Source: the human T2T-CHM13v2.0 reference genome, Homo sapiens. From it: a stretch of 64,000 nucleotides of DNA. Shown piece by piece: positions 1 to 14,588 of the stretch. Below the pieces are notes generated by a model. It did no database searches and was not told the DNA's origin. It saw only the letters and a program-made list of their open reading frames with translations. The stretch lies in NCBI RefSeq assembly GCF_009914755.1, contig NC_060931.1. One strand, given 5' to 3'. Within the stretch, counting starts at the first letter, position 1. Each line of letters begins with the position of its first letter. A program made the position numbers and the translations under genes.

Positions 1-1194
1 CAACCCACCCCAAACCCGCCAGCACCCTCAGCCCCTGCCCTGGGCTGCTCCCAGCCAATGCCTAAGCGCCGGGTGCTGGGTCACCCTGAGACTCTCGCTG
101 TCCAATCTTCCCTGCCACCGTGGCCGCAGGGGTCAGAAAGAAGATGCCCCCTGTCTTCTGCCTCCTACCCTCATCCTTCCCGGGCAGTTCCCCCAGTGAG
201 TCTGGTGTGTGTTGAGTCCTGTCCTGGCACCTGCCTCTCAAGGGACCTGCATTCCTGCCTGGGTCCCGCCCACAGCACCACTGTCTTGCGATGGGCACTG
301 TCACTCCCACCTGGCTTCCCAGAGCCTATGTGGGCCTGGCACCCTGATCTGTTCTCAACAAGAAACTGGAGCCTGCCCCTCCCCGAGTTTGCCAGGCAGC
401 CTGTAAGTTGGGGCTCCAAGTAACGCCTTCCCTGGCCCCTGTGCCTACTGAGGTAGTTCTGTTATTTCACTGAGGCCGCCACATTCAATCTGCACCTTCC
501 CATGGAACTCTCCCAATTGGCTGTGCTTGCTCTGCCCAGGTCCAGACCAGGGGCAGCTCTGGCCCAGTCCTGGGCTCCTCCAGGTCTGTGAGCACCCCCA
601 GGGGATGTGCTTAGGTCAGGGTGAGGCCTGGCCACTAGCACTGGCCCAGGGGCGAGCCCTTCCAAGATGGTCCAATCAGAATCAGGGAAGGGCCCTCATT
701 CCACAGTAGGGGGAAATGCCCTTTCTTCTTTCTCTCCCTCCAGATCATAAACCTACAAACTCCTCCAGTGGCTGCAGACAGCCGTTTGTGACCACAAGGA
801 AAGGTAGTGGAAGCCCAGATGGACACAGAGAGAAAGAACACAGACTTGCTGGTCTGGGACAAGCATTGTTGTTCAAGCCAGTTCGCGTTTGAGTTTCTGT
901 TACTTCCAGCCCCAAAAGCACCCTAGATAGGAGAGTCTACCTAATACAGCAAGACCATGGCCCTTTCCAGAAAGGGTGGAGGCTGCTAGCTCAGGAGGTC
1001 GGTCTATAGGCAATTAAATCTCTGTGGGTGTAACACAGACTGTGTTCTTACTGCTATTTGTGGAACACAATTTTCTTAAAATAGATAGAACAGACCTTGA
1101 CACCCTGAAGTCAAGCACTGACAGCCTCTGTTTTGAAAACAAAGCACCGTCAAGCTCTAGAAAATGCATGCAGGGCTCCAGAGCCCGTCCAGAT

Positions 1195-1720
1195 GAGCAG
1201 AAATGGCAGAGGGGGACAGAGGGGGATGAAGGAGGAGAGAATGGAGGGGATGGAGGGGGATGGAGGGGATGGATGGGGACAGAGGGGGATAAAGGAGGAC
1301 AGAGAGAATGGAGGGGATGGAGGGGGATGAAGGGGGCAGAGGGATGGAAAGGGATGGAGGGGGACAGGGGATTGAGGGGAGAGAGGGCAATGGAGGGTTT
1401 GGAGGGGATAGAGGGGACAGAAGGGCATGGAGGAGAATGGAACGGGAGGGAGAGGGTCAGAGGGGATGGTTGGGGACAGAGGGTAGTGGTGGGGGGAATG
1501 GAGGGGGATGGAGAGGGATGGAGCGGGGTAATAAGGGCAGAAGGAACAGAAGGAGATGGAGCAGGCAGAGGGGATGGAGGGAATGGAGGAGAATGAAGAA
1601 CAGAGGGGGGTGAAAAAGGACAGACCAGGGTGGAGGGGCATGAAGGGGGCAGAGGGGATGGAGGGGACACAGAGGGCAGAGGGGGACAGAAGGATAGAGG
1701 ATGTCAGAGGGCTGGATGGG
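1195..1720 (+). repeat. GA-rich low-complexity / degenerate minisatellite
   Basis: Recurrent ggaggggatgg / agggggacagag units, strongly purine-biased + strand. Confidence 0.9.
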
Positions 1721-1957
1721 GCAGCCTGGCCACCTACCCAGGCATGGGAGCCAGAACCCTGCAGCCGCCCAGCACTCAGGCTTTTCTGGGGTCCCATCCC
1801 TGCAGCCACCCATCCTGCATCCTGAAGCGGGGGTCCTGTCCCCTCTCTGCATCTCGAAAATGCCCCTTCCTGCTTCCTCTGCCATCTCCTCGGTCACTCT
1901 GGAGCTGCCTTCTGCCTACAACTGGAGCTCTAATGCCAACAGGAAAGGGCTGAAGAC

Positions 1958-1999
1958 AGGGCCAGGGCCAGGGCCGGGGCCAGGGCCGGGGCCGAGGCC
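1958..1999 (+). repeat. (GGGCCR)n hexamer repeat, ~6-7 units
   Basis: agggccagggccagggccggggccagggccggggccgaggcc. Confidence 0.85.
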
Positions 2000-4480
2000 A
2001 GCACAGCGCTATGGGGCCCAGCTGGGGTGCCTGAGGGCCTGGCTCCCCAGAGCACGTCCTCCCTCCAAGGCCTCTCATGCAGAACCGAGGGTGACCAGCC
2101 ACCTCCCACAGGAGGCGTGCCACCCCTCTGCCCCATGGTCACCTAATGTCCCCCTCCAGGCCTGCCCGTGACAGTGGGGGACATATGCTAGGACCCCCTG
2201 GGGCAGTCAAGGACATTCTACCCTGTTGGCCAGGGAGCAGCAGGGTAGGCCCCTCTAAAATCTGAGTAGAGATTTAGTTTGTCTGGAGAAGACAGATGTT
2301 TTGGCCTCGGATATTCACAGTGTCAGGCCAACGTCCCATCAAGCATGTACCAGCCAATTATGTTTGCTTTCATAGACGTTATCTGGCCTTACCATTCCTC
2401 TCTGACCCAGGTCCCTTAGTTCCCATGGTGACTCTGTACAAACACTACACATACTCCTTGTCCTAGATTCTTTCCCCTTATCTGCCTATCCCAACCCTGC
2501 TACTCCCTCGAGGCCCAGTTCAAGGCCACCTCCTCCATGCAGCCCACCCTGACTACTCCTTCCCACACAATCACCTTGCAGAATTCCTCAAGCGTGGCTG
2601 TGGCATTCTGTCTTGTGGGTGAGCTGGCTATTGTTTCCTGCATGTGAATATGATGGATGTTGTAGAATCCTCCTGGCATAGCTCCTAGTGCCCACAGCAC
2701 AGTGAGCCTGTAACCCGTATTTCTCATTAGTTGGCTCTCTCATTTACCCCCAGAGACATTCTTTACAATGCAGGTGTAGACTCAGATGTGACCAAGACTT
2801 TGCTATCTTATAAAAGGGGTTCAGCCCATTGCAGTCTGGTTTTCCTAGCACCCTTCCTCCTGACGAGCTATGTTCAGGGGAGCGTTAGTTCGTTACCTGC
2901 TTGACATGGCACTGCCTGCCAACCTCACCTTAGGAAAAGGGTAAATAAGTTTACAAACATTAGGATGGGTGAAAGCAGCCATCTTTCAGCCAAGGATGTC
3001 TTGCCATTGGCATCCTTTCCTCTCCTACTCTTGGCATCAAAACTTCCAGCGAAAGGACTACCATCACTTACCCCAGCTCCCTCCCCAGGGGTCTCCTCGT
3101 GGAGCTCATCTCTCACTGAGGAAAGAAGGGCTCGGCTTTGATAAAGGAATGCTAGACTTTAGCAGGTGAGTGGCGGGGGTAGGATCCTGTCTATTCTCCA
3201 GAAATGCCATGAGACTCCCGTGGGGACACACGGACATGCAGCCCCATGCTCTGCGAGGTTCGTGTGCAAGGGAAGCCGAGAGTGTGCACCGCCGCCTCCC
3301 CACCATCAGCCAACAGCTCAACACCGATTCCCAGTCCCGGCTGTCACAGGCACTTCTTATTATGGATGTGCTACTAACACACAGCAAAACTGATTAGATA
3401 GGCACAGGCCCGGCAGGTCCCCATTAAAGGACATTCCTCCCTGCCCCAGAGGCCTTTTAATCCTCCAGCTGCTCCCCATTTCTGAGCACCCCAGCCCCAC
3501 AACCACATCCTTGGCTCCTCTTTTCTTAGGTCTCTGCCTCCCAAAAAGTGGAAAACGGAAGGCTGCAGACAGGAAAGACATCCCCTGCAGCCTGCCCACT
3601 CCTCCCCTCCACCGCAGGAGAACTGGAGAAATTCTATGCTAGTCACCATCTCTTTCTGTGTCCACAGCCCCGGCTCTGAGAGGTGGACCACAGTGACGTT
3701 GTGCATCTCCTGGGCTGAATGTCAGTTTAGAATCAGTGTTCTGTCACCTCCAATACCCTTTCCCTAATGCCCAGTTGCCCTGGTAAAAGCCATAAGTCCC
3801 TTTGGGGAAGAACGGGAGAGAGGTTAATAGTATACATTTTTGGTAGTGCAGTGGAGTCCTTCTTCAAGGGGACCCAGCCTCCCCCTCCACTCAAAGAGTT
3901 CTGGGTCTGGAAACTGGCTCAAGCCTAAGAATTGATTGAAGGACCATGACGCATTCGAGCTAGACTTTTGTTCACTTGGCCTACACTTCTACTTATACAG
4001 ATTGAGTTAGAATGTAGTAGGCTTCCCATCCATTTCACTTCTAAGAACATGGTGGCGAACTGGCCCACGCCCTAGGTCACGCGGCCCACCCCAAGGAGTT
4101 GAGTCTGACGGTCCTGATGGCTGCTTGGCCTCTGCTTTCGCCGATGGGCCGCACCTGCCTTGCCTTTGGTGATTGTTTCCACTTGGCCCCTGCCATGCTG
4201 GGACCCAGATACTCCCACTTCATTTAGGATCCCTGGTCAGTGGCAGTAGGTCCCCCTGTGATTTCCAACCTACAGGGAGCTCTTCAAGGGCGCTGGGCTC
4301 CCTCACCACAGTCTTGGTGAAAGGTGTGTGAGTGGCAGGTGAGTTGGTCTCAAATGGCAAATCCTCTCCAGTCTCCCTGAGCCATGATGCCTCCCTCTGC
4401 AGCAGACGCAGGCGTTTCTGGTGTTTCAACTCCGTTCAGCGTGGGCCACCTTTGGGTCCATGTTTCAGCCAACCCGCCCG

Positions 4481-4890
4481 TGAAGCCTGAAGCAGCTCCA
4501 TCTTGGGAGCAAATCCTCCACCTCGGCTTCTGATCAACCCCGGTTCCAGCTGATCTACTGTTCTGTGTAAGAGCAAGTACTTGTCATAAATCCTGCCCTT
4601 ACGGCAAATCAACCTTGATAAACTCCACGGTAAATCCTGCCCTTAGGCATATTCCTACACCTTCCCTCTGGAGCACCATACCTTTGCCCTATGTATAGAA
4701 GCCCTGGGTCTGGGGGGTGCTGGTGGGGACCTACCTGTCTTGTGGTTGCCCAAGACTACACTTCTGCCCGTAAGTTCCCCCAATAAAATCACCCTATAAC
4801 AACACACTGGATTTGTCTGTCTTGTTCTTTGGTTTCTGGGCTCTTTCTGCATTTGGGGGTCGCTTTGCATACAGGGCCCTTTCACAGACA
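4481..4890 (+). mobile_element. Solo LTR, ERVL class (LTR47-like)
   Basis: Starts TG, gcagctccatcttgg, duplicated taaatcctgccctta, TATA-like gtatagaagcc, AATAAA, ends gggccctttcacagaca. Confidence 0.6.
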
Positions 4891-5699
4891 CAGCCAGACA
4901 GACTGCAGGGCTCTTCCAGCTCCCAGCCCCTTTGTCATCCTCTCAGCAAGCCCAGGGATGGGCATCTCCACAGAGTCTGTCGGCCCTGCTGTCCCTCAGA
5001 GGTTGCACCTGCTCCCGTCCTCCCCTCCTGAGGAAGGGGGTGACTGGTGACTTCCCAAGGCAGGGAGGTTCCCACAGGCCATGCTGCTCAGAGCCCTAGG
5101 ATGGGAACTTCTGCGCGGGCCCTTGGAGGGTAGAGCTGGTGCTGGCTCACTTGTCTCCAGGTCCCGTCGTCGCCCTCCCAGGCGCTCCCTCCCGGCACTT
5201 CCCGGGCTTTGGGCACCCTTGCTTCCCTCTTTTCAAAGGACCCTGTGCTCTCGGACCCTGCGCAGGATTCCAGAGCTTGCACACTCCCTAGCCGGAGCAG
5301 CCGCTTGCCCGCCCCACAAGTGCGGCTCTCCGCGCCACGCTCCCTCCTGCTAGGGCTCCAAGTGCCGACTTGCAGAGGCCTCGGGAGTGACAGTGGAACA
5401 GAGGGTGGCACCGGCACCAGAAAGCACCCCCCGAGCCTAGATTTCTACCTTCAGAAACTCCGACAGTGGGGACCCGGGGCGTGGCGGGGCTGCTCAGTGC
5501 GTCCCAGCTCCTCCTCGGTGCCCAAGGAGGCTGCCACTGTGGCCGTGAGTCCAGGAGAGGCCTCCCAACCCTGGCCTGTGGATGCATCGACCCCTTTCAC
5601 CGCGCCTGACGTGAGTACTCCTGCCCCTTCACGGGCCAACAGGAGCGAGGTCGGCCCTGCCTCAAAGGGCCTGTGATCCCCCTACCGTGTGATGATACA

Positions 5700-6157
5700 A
5701 AGAGCAGGCGAGAAGCAACCCACGTGTCCATCGACGCATGAACAAAATGGGGTCCACATGCACAGCAGAATATTACTCAGCCTTAAAAAAGAGGGGGATC
5801 CTGCCACCCGCCACCCACACACACGAAGGACATCTGTGTGGACATGATGCTTGAGGGAAACAGGCCAGTCACAAACAAATACTGTCTGATTCCGCTGACG
5901 AGAGGTCCCTGGAGTCATCAATGCATAGAGACAGGAAGTAGAAGGGTGGCCTCCAGGGGCTGGGGAGGAGCATGGGGAGTCAGGGTTGATGGGCCAGAGT
6001 TTAAGTGCTTCAGGATGAAAAGGGTTCCGGAGATGGATGGATGGCTGCACAGCCACGTGCGTGTACTTAATGCTACTGAGCTGTACACCTAAAGATGGGT
6101 ACATTGGTAAATTTTATGTTATGCATATTTACCGCAGTGAAGAAAAAAAAAAAAAGA
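5700..6157 (+). mobile_element. L1MB-type LINE-1 3' end with poly(A)
   Basis: gaatattactcagccttaaaaa...gtacttaatgctactgagctgtacac...ggtaaattttatgttatg + A tail. Confidence 0.85.
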
Positions 6158-6951
6158 GCCAGGCTGGGTGTGGTGGCACTTTACCATTCCACAGAAGAGC
6201 TAATATCAAGAAACCAAATAAAACCTAGGCAAAAATACAATTATTTATAATTTGTATTCAATTATATACAGACAGTTCATACCAGACAGGAGAAGACAGA
6301 TAAGACTTGAAGTGTGGGGAAGACCTCAGCACCCGGGGCCCCCAGGGCTGCACAGGGGCTGGTCTGCACCCTGCCTGTGCCCTTTCTGCCACTGGTGGGA
6401 GAAGAAAGAGGCCGAGAGGAGCTATGTCACTGCACCTCGAAATCCCGGTGGCTGAGCAGGTTGGGCCCTCCCCCACTTTGATTTTCTTTGATTTTTCTAT
6501 CCTAGGGATGAAGGTGATCTATTTTTAGTGTAGAGGCTGGTATAAGGAGTTGCTATAGCGACAGCTGGTGGTTACAAACCAGGTCCTGCTACAGTTCCCA
6601 GTCATGAATAAATCCCAAGGCTGAGCCCGAGGAAGCAGGCAGCCTCAGAGATGGTGCTCCCTCTCCACAGGGGTCCCACCTGCTATCTTCATGGTGTGTC
6701 CTTCACAGGCAGCATCTAAGTCCTGCTAGTGGGGAAGCAGCTCAGGACATGGGGCGCTGGGGACTGCCCATCAGAGGAACCGAGGGCTTCAGCAGAAATG
6801 CATGCTGAGCCTCAACTACCAGGTGAGGCAAAGCACCTGCATGTGCGCAGAGCCGGATGGTGGCAGAAGAGAGCTGGCATGCAGGGCGCCAGGTTAGGAA
6901 GCCTGGGGAAGTGAAGACACAGCACCTGCTTACAGAATCACCAGGGAGGCA

Positions 6952-6953
<2 letters not shown>

Positions 6954-6996
<43 letters not shown>

Positions 6997-7002
6997 CACA
7001 CA
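6954..7002 (+). repeat. (CA)n microsatellite, ~24 units with one interruption
   Basis: Direct reading. Confidence 0.95.
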
Positions 7003-7049
7003 GAGCTGATGCCACATTATTTACTATGGCTGCGTGCGTACCCTACTAC

Positions 7050-7470
7050 CAGTAATCTTAGTACGAGTCCAACAGAAAGGCACACCAACGCACAAGAGTG
7101 CCCATGAGAGCACTCTGTCACAGCCCCGACTGGAAACCACGGTGTCCATTAACAACTGGACGGACGCAGGAGTCGTTGTCTGGGCAGACAGCGGAGGGTT
7201 CTGCAGCAATGAAATGGAGTTGATGAACTTCAACGCCGCACGCAGGCACGGCTGCATCTCACAAAGTGCAAGTGAAAGAAGCCAGACCAAAAAAAAATCG
7301 TGTAAATTCAAAACCAGACGATGCCAATCTTGAGGGGAAGTAGCTGGGAGAGAGTATGGGGAGCTTCTGGGGTGCTGGCTACACAAGGGTGTTCAGTTTG
7401 TGCAAATTCGTCATCTATGATCTGTGCTCTTCTCCATATGCTTACACTTTAGCAAACTTTGCCTTAAACA
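7050..7470 (+). mobile_element. Old L1M (L1ME-like) 3' fragment
   Basis: ctggaaaccacggtgtccattaac...agtgaaagaagccagacc...gtgttcagtttgtgcaaattc. Confidence 0.65.
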
Positions 7471-7508
7471 TTTTTAGAAGTTAGCACAGCATTGTTAGTC
7501 AAGTATCA

Positions 7509-7830
<322 letters not shown>

Positions 7831-10494
7831 CCGATACTCAATGGTATTTGGTGTTGGTGGGCTTTGAGGCAGACCTGCCTGTGGGGGACTGGGACCTCCA
7901 GGAGGAGGCAGGGCCCTACGCCCCTCCAGGCTGTAATGAGTGCAGGGGCAGAGGCATCCAGCCATCGAGGTGGGGAGGACCCCAGGTGAGCCACCAGCAG
8001 CCACGGGAGCCCCGTGGGGAGGAAGGCAGGCTGGGGCAGCAGGAGACCAGAGCTGGGGTGCCCCTGGGCAGGGACTCTGGAAGGGCTAGGAAACTGAGGC
8101 TGATCACCCTGCAGGCTGGCGCACGGGTGCCTGCCTGGAGACGCAGGGGTTTGCTCCTTTTTTCTGTGCTGCCAACTGGACATCCCTCCTCAGGGTCACT
8201 GGCCACAGCTGCTCAGAGGTCACTCCAGACTGCAGCCACTCCCTTTCCATCAGCCTTAGCTGTTCTGTGATCAAAACAGGGCTGGCCAGGCCCAGGAGCG
8301 AGAAGGAGGGAGGGAGGGAGGGAGGAGGGGCCTTCAGGCCCTGTATCCCCTGGGAGGCGCAGGGCAGCCGGGTCAGCGTTCAGGTGCTGTTCATTGATGA
8401 ACTCACTAGCATTAGCTGATGTGTCATCTCTTCCAGCCAAAAGTGGGGCCCAGCCAAGCATCTTAGTGATGTGAGTCATCAAAACTTCCTCCTGGGTCTG
8501 CTTTGAGCCCCACCTTCCTCCTCCTGCAGTCATGCTCTTAGCCTCAGGGCCCTGGGGCGGACGCCCGGACACTCCCCCAGCAGCCTGCTTTCCAGAGGCC
8601 ACTGCGCTGCTCAGCTCCGGGGGCCCGTCCTCCGTGGATCCCTCCAGGCCCAGCAGAGTGTTTGACCACGGGCCTGACCGGGAGGGGAGACGCCACCTCC
8701 TGGGGACTTGCACCCCAACCAGCACCACTGTCATGAGACACCCGGAGGCCAGCAGTCCCCAGGGCCCCAAGAACACACAGCAGCACCAGAGACTGCCTTG
8801 GCCCTCAGGGAACGTTCATGTTGATTTACGCTGAGAGCACCTGGACTTTGCCTATTTTTTTCTTCTCAATCGCTAAAAGACAAATTATTACCGCAGGGCA
8901 GAATTCATCTTGCTCTCTGAATGTACCAAGTGCTCACTCTCATCTGGAAGTTGGAACCCCGGGTGACCATCCTTGGGTGCCAAGGCTCCCTGGACCCACG
9001 CACAAGCCCTGAGTGAGGTCCTGTCTCACAGGATGGGGGTGACAGAGCAGCAGGGGCTGGCCAGCACCCAGCCAGGCTGCGGCCCCAACCCCAGGTCACC
9101 AAGCTGTGGTGGCTTCTCTGTCACCGTCCAGAGTCACTATTTTAAAAATACACCCCCTTTTGAATCTCCTTTCTCCCTGCTTCATTATTTACCCCTTCAG
9201 GCTCTGAAATCTTTCCCTTTCGTCTTCGGACACTTTCAGACGCTGCAGTCCTGGAATTGTTTGTCCAGTGTTCAGCTTCTCTGCTGGGAACCCGGGCTCT
9301 CCAGAGGGCGGCTGCTCCCAGAGCCACGCCACTGTCACGACAGCTCACCTCTCACAGCCCTGATGAGCGCCCCTGGGAGAGCACGCACCTCGCTGACACC
9401 CCACCAGCGCCCAGCCCCGTCCACAGGCGATGCTCACCTGTTCCTGGGGATTTAGTCTTCCTGACTTAGAGCAGCAGCTCTGGGTGACTGGGATGGGGTC
9501 AGAAAAGGGAAAGGGGCACTTGACCGTGACATCCAAGGACACGCACCAGAGCTGCTTTGCTACCCTGCCACCCTGTGAGGTGACAGCCGCCTGGCCTGCT
9601 GAGTGACTCCGGGAGTCCTCGGGGAGCAGCACCTCTGGGAGAGCTGGGCCACTTGTCCAGGGTTCCACCAGGCAGCGCTTGGTGACAGTGACGTAGGGAG
9701 AACAGGCAGATGGGTTATGAGCTTTTCCAGGCATGGATGAGAGTGGGGCGGACAGGGGGTGGCGGGCGGGCCTCACCAAATCCACGGCTGGGAGTGGAGA
9801 GTTCTCAAATTGTGTGAACACTGTCCCATCATCCCAAATGCTTCTACTCACTGGCTACAGTGTCCGAAACCCCCCAAAGACCCATCCTCACAAACAAGGA
9901 TGCCGCACCCCTAGGAGTCTTCTGTTTGGACACATCCAGCAGAACAATGGGCACCAGGGCTGGACGGTTTTGGGTGGGAACTGGCAAAAGGAGAGGTGGG
10001 TGGGGGCCGGGGAGGGCCTTGGAGCCAGAGGGGTTGGGGGAGGGACAGCCTCAGCCCCAGCTGTCTGGCACATAATAGGCTCTTAATAGTGGGCTCAGCC
10101 CCAGCTCTGTCCGCACTCCACTTGGGCAGGCCAGTCCTTAGCCCATCGGTGCTCAAGACCCCCGAGGGCCTTCATCTCAAGCAGGTGTGATCCAGAGCCC
10201 TCCCACGGTCCACAAGAGGGGCATACACTGGCTGCTGTGCCCAGCCTCAGCCTCATCTCCTACCTGCCAGAGACCGGCTCCTGTGGCTCTGCCTGCTGCC
10301 GTCCAGCCCCGCAGGCCTCTCGGAGTCCCTAGAACACACCGCAGGCTCCCTTCTGGGGCCTGGCCTCTCCAGCTCTCGGAAGGGTCTGAGCACAGGCATC
10401 CACACAGCCCTCTCCCCATCACCCACTGAACCGACCCCTCGCCCTGCCTCCACGGCATCACCACCACCTGACCTGGTGATGAAAATACGTTTGC

Positions 10495-10762
10495 CATCGA
10501 AACAAGGCAGACGCAAAAGGACAAACACTACGTGATTCTATTTCTAGGAGGTCCCTGGAGTTATCACATTCGTAGAAAGTAGAATGGTGTTTGCCAGGGG
10601 CTGGGGTCAGGGGAGTGGGGAGTTAGGGCTTAGAAGAGACAGTTTCAGCTGTGAGTGATGGAGGACATGGCAGGTGGTAATGCCTACACAATAATGGGAA
10701 TGCATACGTGAAATGGTGAAGATGGTAAATTTGTATTATGTACATCTGACCACAATTAAAAT
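10495..10762 (+). mobile_element. L1MB-type 3' fragment
   Basis: aaggacaaacactacgtgattc...gaaagtagaatggtg...gatggtaaatttgtattatg. Confidence 0.7.
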
Positions 10763-10971
10763 CCCCTCATTCATCTACCCACTCTCACCAGGCCGTGTGG
10801 CCCCGAGGGTGCATGCATCTCTCACTCACTGCTGTCCCTAGTGTGGGAACAGAGGCCAGCACAAAGACCCTGAGGATGCAGGTGAGAATGACAGAACCTG
10901 TCATTGTTAACCCTGGAAGACAGATGCTGTTATACTGTTCTCCCTACTTCTGTATTCTTTCGAAAATTTCT

Positions 10972-11120
10972 GGCCAGGTGTGGTGGCTCACATCTGTCAT
11001 CCTAGCACTTTGGGAAGCCAACGTGGAGGATCGCTTGAGCCCAGGAGTTTGAGACCACCCTGGGCAACATAGGGAAACCCCGTCTCTTTTTAAAAACAAA
11101 TTTAAAAAGTAAAATAAAAA
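10972..11120 (+). mobile_element. Alu left monomer (FLAM_C/AluJ)
   Basis: Single arm; TSD gaaaatttct on both sides. Confidence 0.9.
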
Positions 11121-12109
11121 GAAAATTTCTATTGGAAAAAGGCAAACATATATATTGGGAAATTTCAGGGCAAAACCAATAGTGATACCAGCAGCCAGGC
11201 CAGCAGATGGGCGCCAGAGGCAGTGTGAGGACTATGAGGGGTGAGGAGGAGCAGGGGGGCTGGATGGGGGCGGGAGAGACCACAGGCTTGACTTCTCAGC
11301 CCTATCCCTCTGCTGAAGTGAAGAGCACAAGATGGTCCCCACAGGGCCATACTCAGCCAAGGGCAGGAGAGCCATGGCACGCAGTATTGGGGTGACCTGA
11401 ATGTTCATGGGCCAGGAAGGATGCTGGCGTTCTGGGCAAGAAGCCGTTGCGTAGTCATGCGGTGTGGGCTCATGGAAGGGGAGGTGGGTATAAGGGCCAA
11501 GCGTCCTCAGAGGATGTGGTCTCCGGTCTTACTGGGACCCTGGGCACACAAGGATGAAACACCAGCTTCCTGACACACCCCTTGGACTCCTGGCTCCAGT
11601 GCTGGCCTCAGAAATGAGCCCTTAAGACGCTAAATGGTTTTTATTTAATTACTGCCCTGTAATTGCAGAGGGTGAAAGCGCTACTACAGTCATTGCTCTT
11701 TGATCTGATTAGCATAATCCTTTCCTAATCTTCCCTCTACATTTTTATTATTGTTGCCACATACCCTTTGTCGACATAATCTGGATTTCTCTTTGCCAAA
11801 GAGGCCGAAAGAAAGGCTTAGCCAAGCTCGTCACTTGTCTAGCGCCTGGAGCCTGAAAGCTGGAGAGGTGGGGAGCTTCCCTTCTGTGCCAGACATGGCC
11901 TCCCTGCCTGGCTCTGCAGCCAGAGAGGGGTAGGGGCTGAGCACTCCTGAGTCAGAGCTTCCAGGGGGCTCTGTCACAAGGCCAGCGGGTGAACATTTCC
12001 AGCGACAGCCACAGGCTTTCCAGTGGAAATGCCATCCACCGCAATTACGAATGGACCTGGTGATTCCGGGGGCTGCAGGGCCTTGATTTGATGGCTGTGG
12101 GGAGAGCTC

Positions 12110-12136
12110 TGTGTGTGTGTGTGTGTGTGTGCGCGC
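12110..12136 (+). repeat. (TG)n(CG)n microsatellite
   Basis: Direct reading. Confidence 0.9.
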
Positions 12137-12436
12137 ACAGGTACATGACATGTGTGTGCGAGTGTGTATCTCTTGACCCGGGGAACTGCAGGGAAGCCCC
12201 CAGATAAACAGTGTGCACCTTGTCCCTGGGGAAGCAGCTCCATGCTGAGTTAAGGCAGAGGAGCCCGTGGTTCCTGGAAAAGACTGACACAGCCACAGAG
12301 GAAACCCAGTGGATGGGAGGGACCTGTGCCAACAGCCTAGGTGGGCTTCCTGTGGAGAGGAGGGAGGAGAAGTCAATGACAGGGATTTCATGACCCTCAC
12401 AGAAGCTTTCTCAGGGAGAAGAGGCCTCATCTAAGA

Positions 12437-13032
<596 letters not shown>

Positions 13033-13241
13033 CTGAGATTCTATCTCCGGGAATAACTGTATGAAGGAGAGGGCGTTGCTGAGAGGGAATTTAAAACACA
13101 AAACCCTGAAGCAATCCTTCTTGGAGAACAGGGAGCAACCCTGGGCTGGAACATTTTCCAGCTATCGCAGAGCCAGCGGTTTTTATGGAGAACCTGCGAT
13201 GCTGCAAGACCTAGGGTTAGAGCTACAGACCGTGCTCCTGA

Positions 13242-13586
<345 letters not shown>

Positions 13587-14299
13587 CTCAGGGTGGTTTT
13601 CTAGACAGTGATCGTTCAGCTGGGTCTTGAGAAATGGGTAAGGTTTAGACAGGCACAGGCTTGGGAGGGAGGGCTTGGTCAACACTCTTGGACTGTTTTT
13701 CCTCACTCAGTGTATCCACGCCCAACACTGTCTGTGGGGCACAGGGCTCCCGCCTCCCACCCAGCCTAGCTCTTGGCTCTTCTCACTGACACACTAACCA
13801 AAGTCAGACATACTATCAACCCAGGTCCCTGGGCTCCAGCCCACTAAGAGGAGCCTTAGCCTGAGCAGGGGCTATGGCCTCTTGCTGTTTCCCAAATTCC
13901 AGAGGAAGGCTCTGGAGGGACCTCCGATTTTCTTGACCCTGTGGTCAGAGCTTGCATCTGCATCCAGGCTCTTACAAAACTTGGTTGAGATGTAAACATT
14001 GTTTTTGATGTCAGAAGCGTAGGAGACAGGATGACAGCCAACCGTTAAACACAAGGCGGGAAGCCACTGTCTGGCACATAATAGGCTCTTAATAATGGGC
14101 CTGTCCATCCCCATTAGCAAAACCAGATTTTTAGTTAATAATAGGTTCTGGTTTAATTCTACAGTAGATAAGTGTTTATTACTTTATTACTTAAATAAAA
14201 GTCATCTTTTTAGACCATGTTAGTGAGTCTCCCGTCTAGGATTCCATCCCTCCTCTCCCTGCTCAGGGCTGGGTGTCCTATTCCCGTGCACAGTCACCA

Positions 14300-14588
14300 T
14301 TTTTTTTTTTTTGAGGGTCTTGCGCTGACTCCCAGCCTGGAGTACAGTGATGTGATCAGAGATCACTGCAGCCTCCCCTCCCAGGCTCAAGCGATCTTCC
14401 CACTTCAGCTTTCTGAGTAGCTGGGACCATGGGTGTGCACCACCATGCCTGGCTAATTTTTTATTTTTTTGTAGAGAGGGGTCTCATGATGTTGCCCAGG
14501 CTGGTCTCGAACTCCTAGGCTCAAGCAGTCCTCCCACCTCAACCTCCCAAAGTGCTGGGAATGCAGGCTTGAGCCACCGCACCTGGCC
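14300..14588 (-). mobile_element. AluJ (plus short Alu fragment 14602-14642)
   Basis: Antisense dimer. Confidence 0.9.

Noticed and set aside
1014-1897. Several 150-220 aa Gly/Glu- or Pro/Ser-rich ORFs
   Set aside because: Artefacts of the stop-poor GA-rich repeat; open in many frames on both strands.
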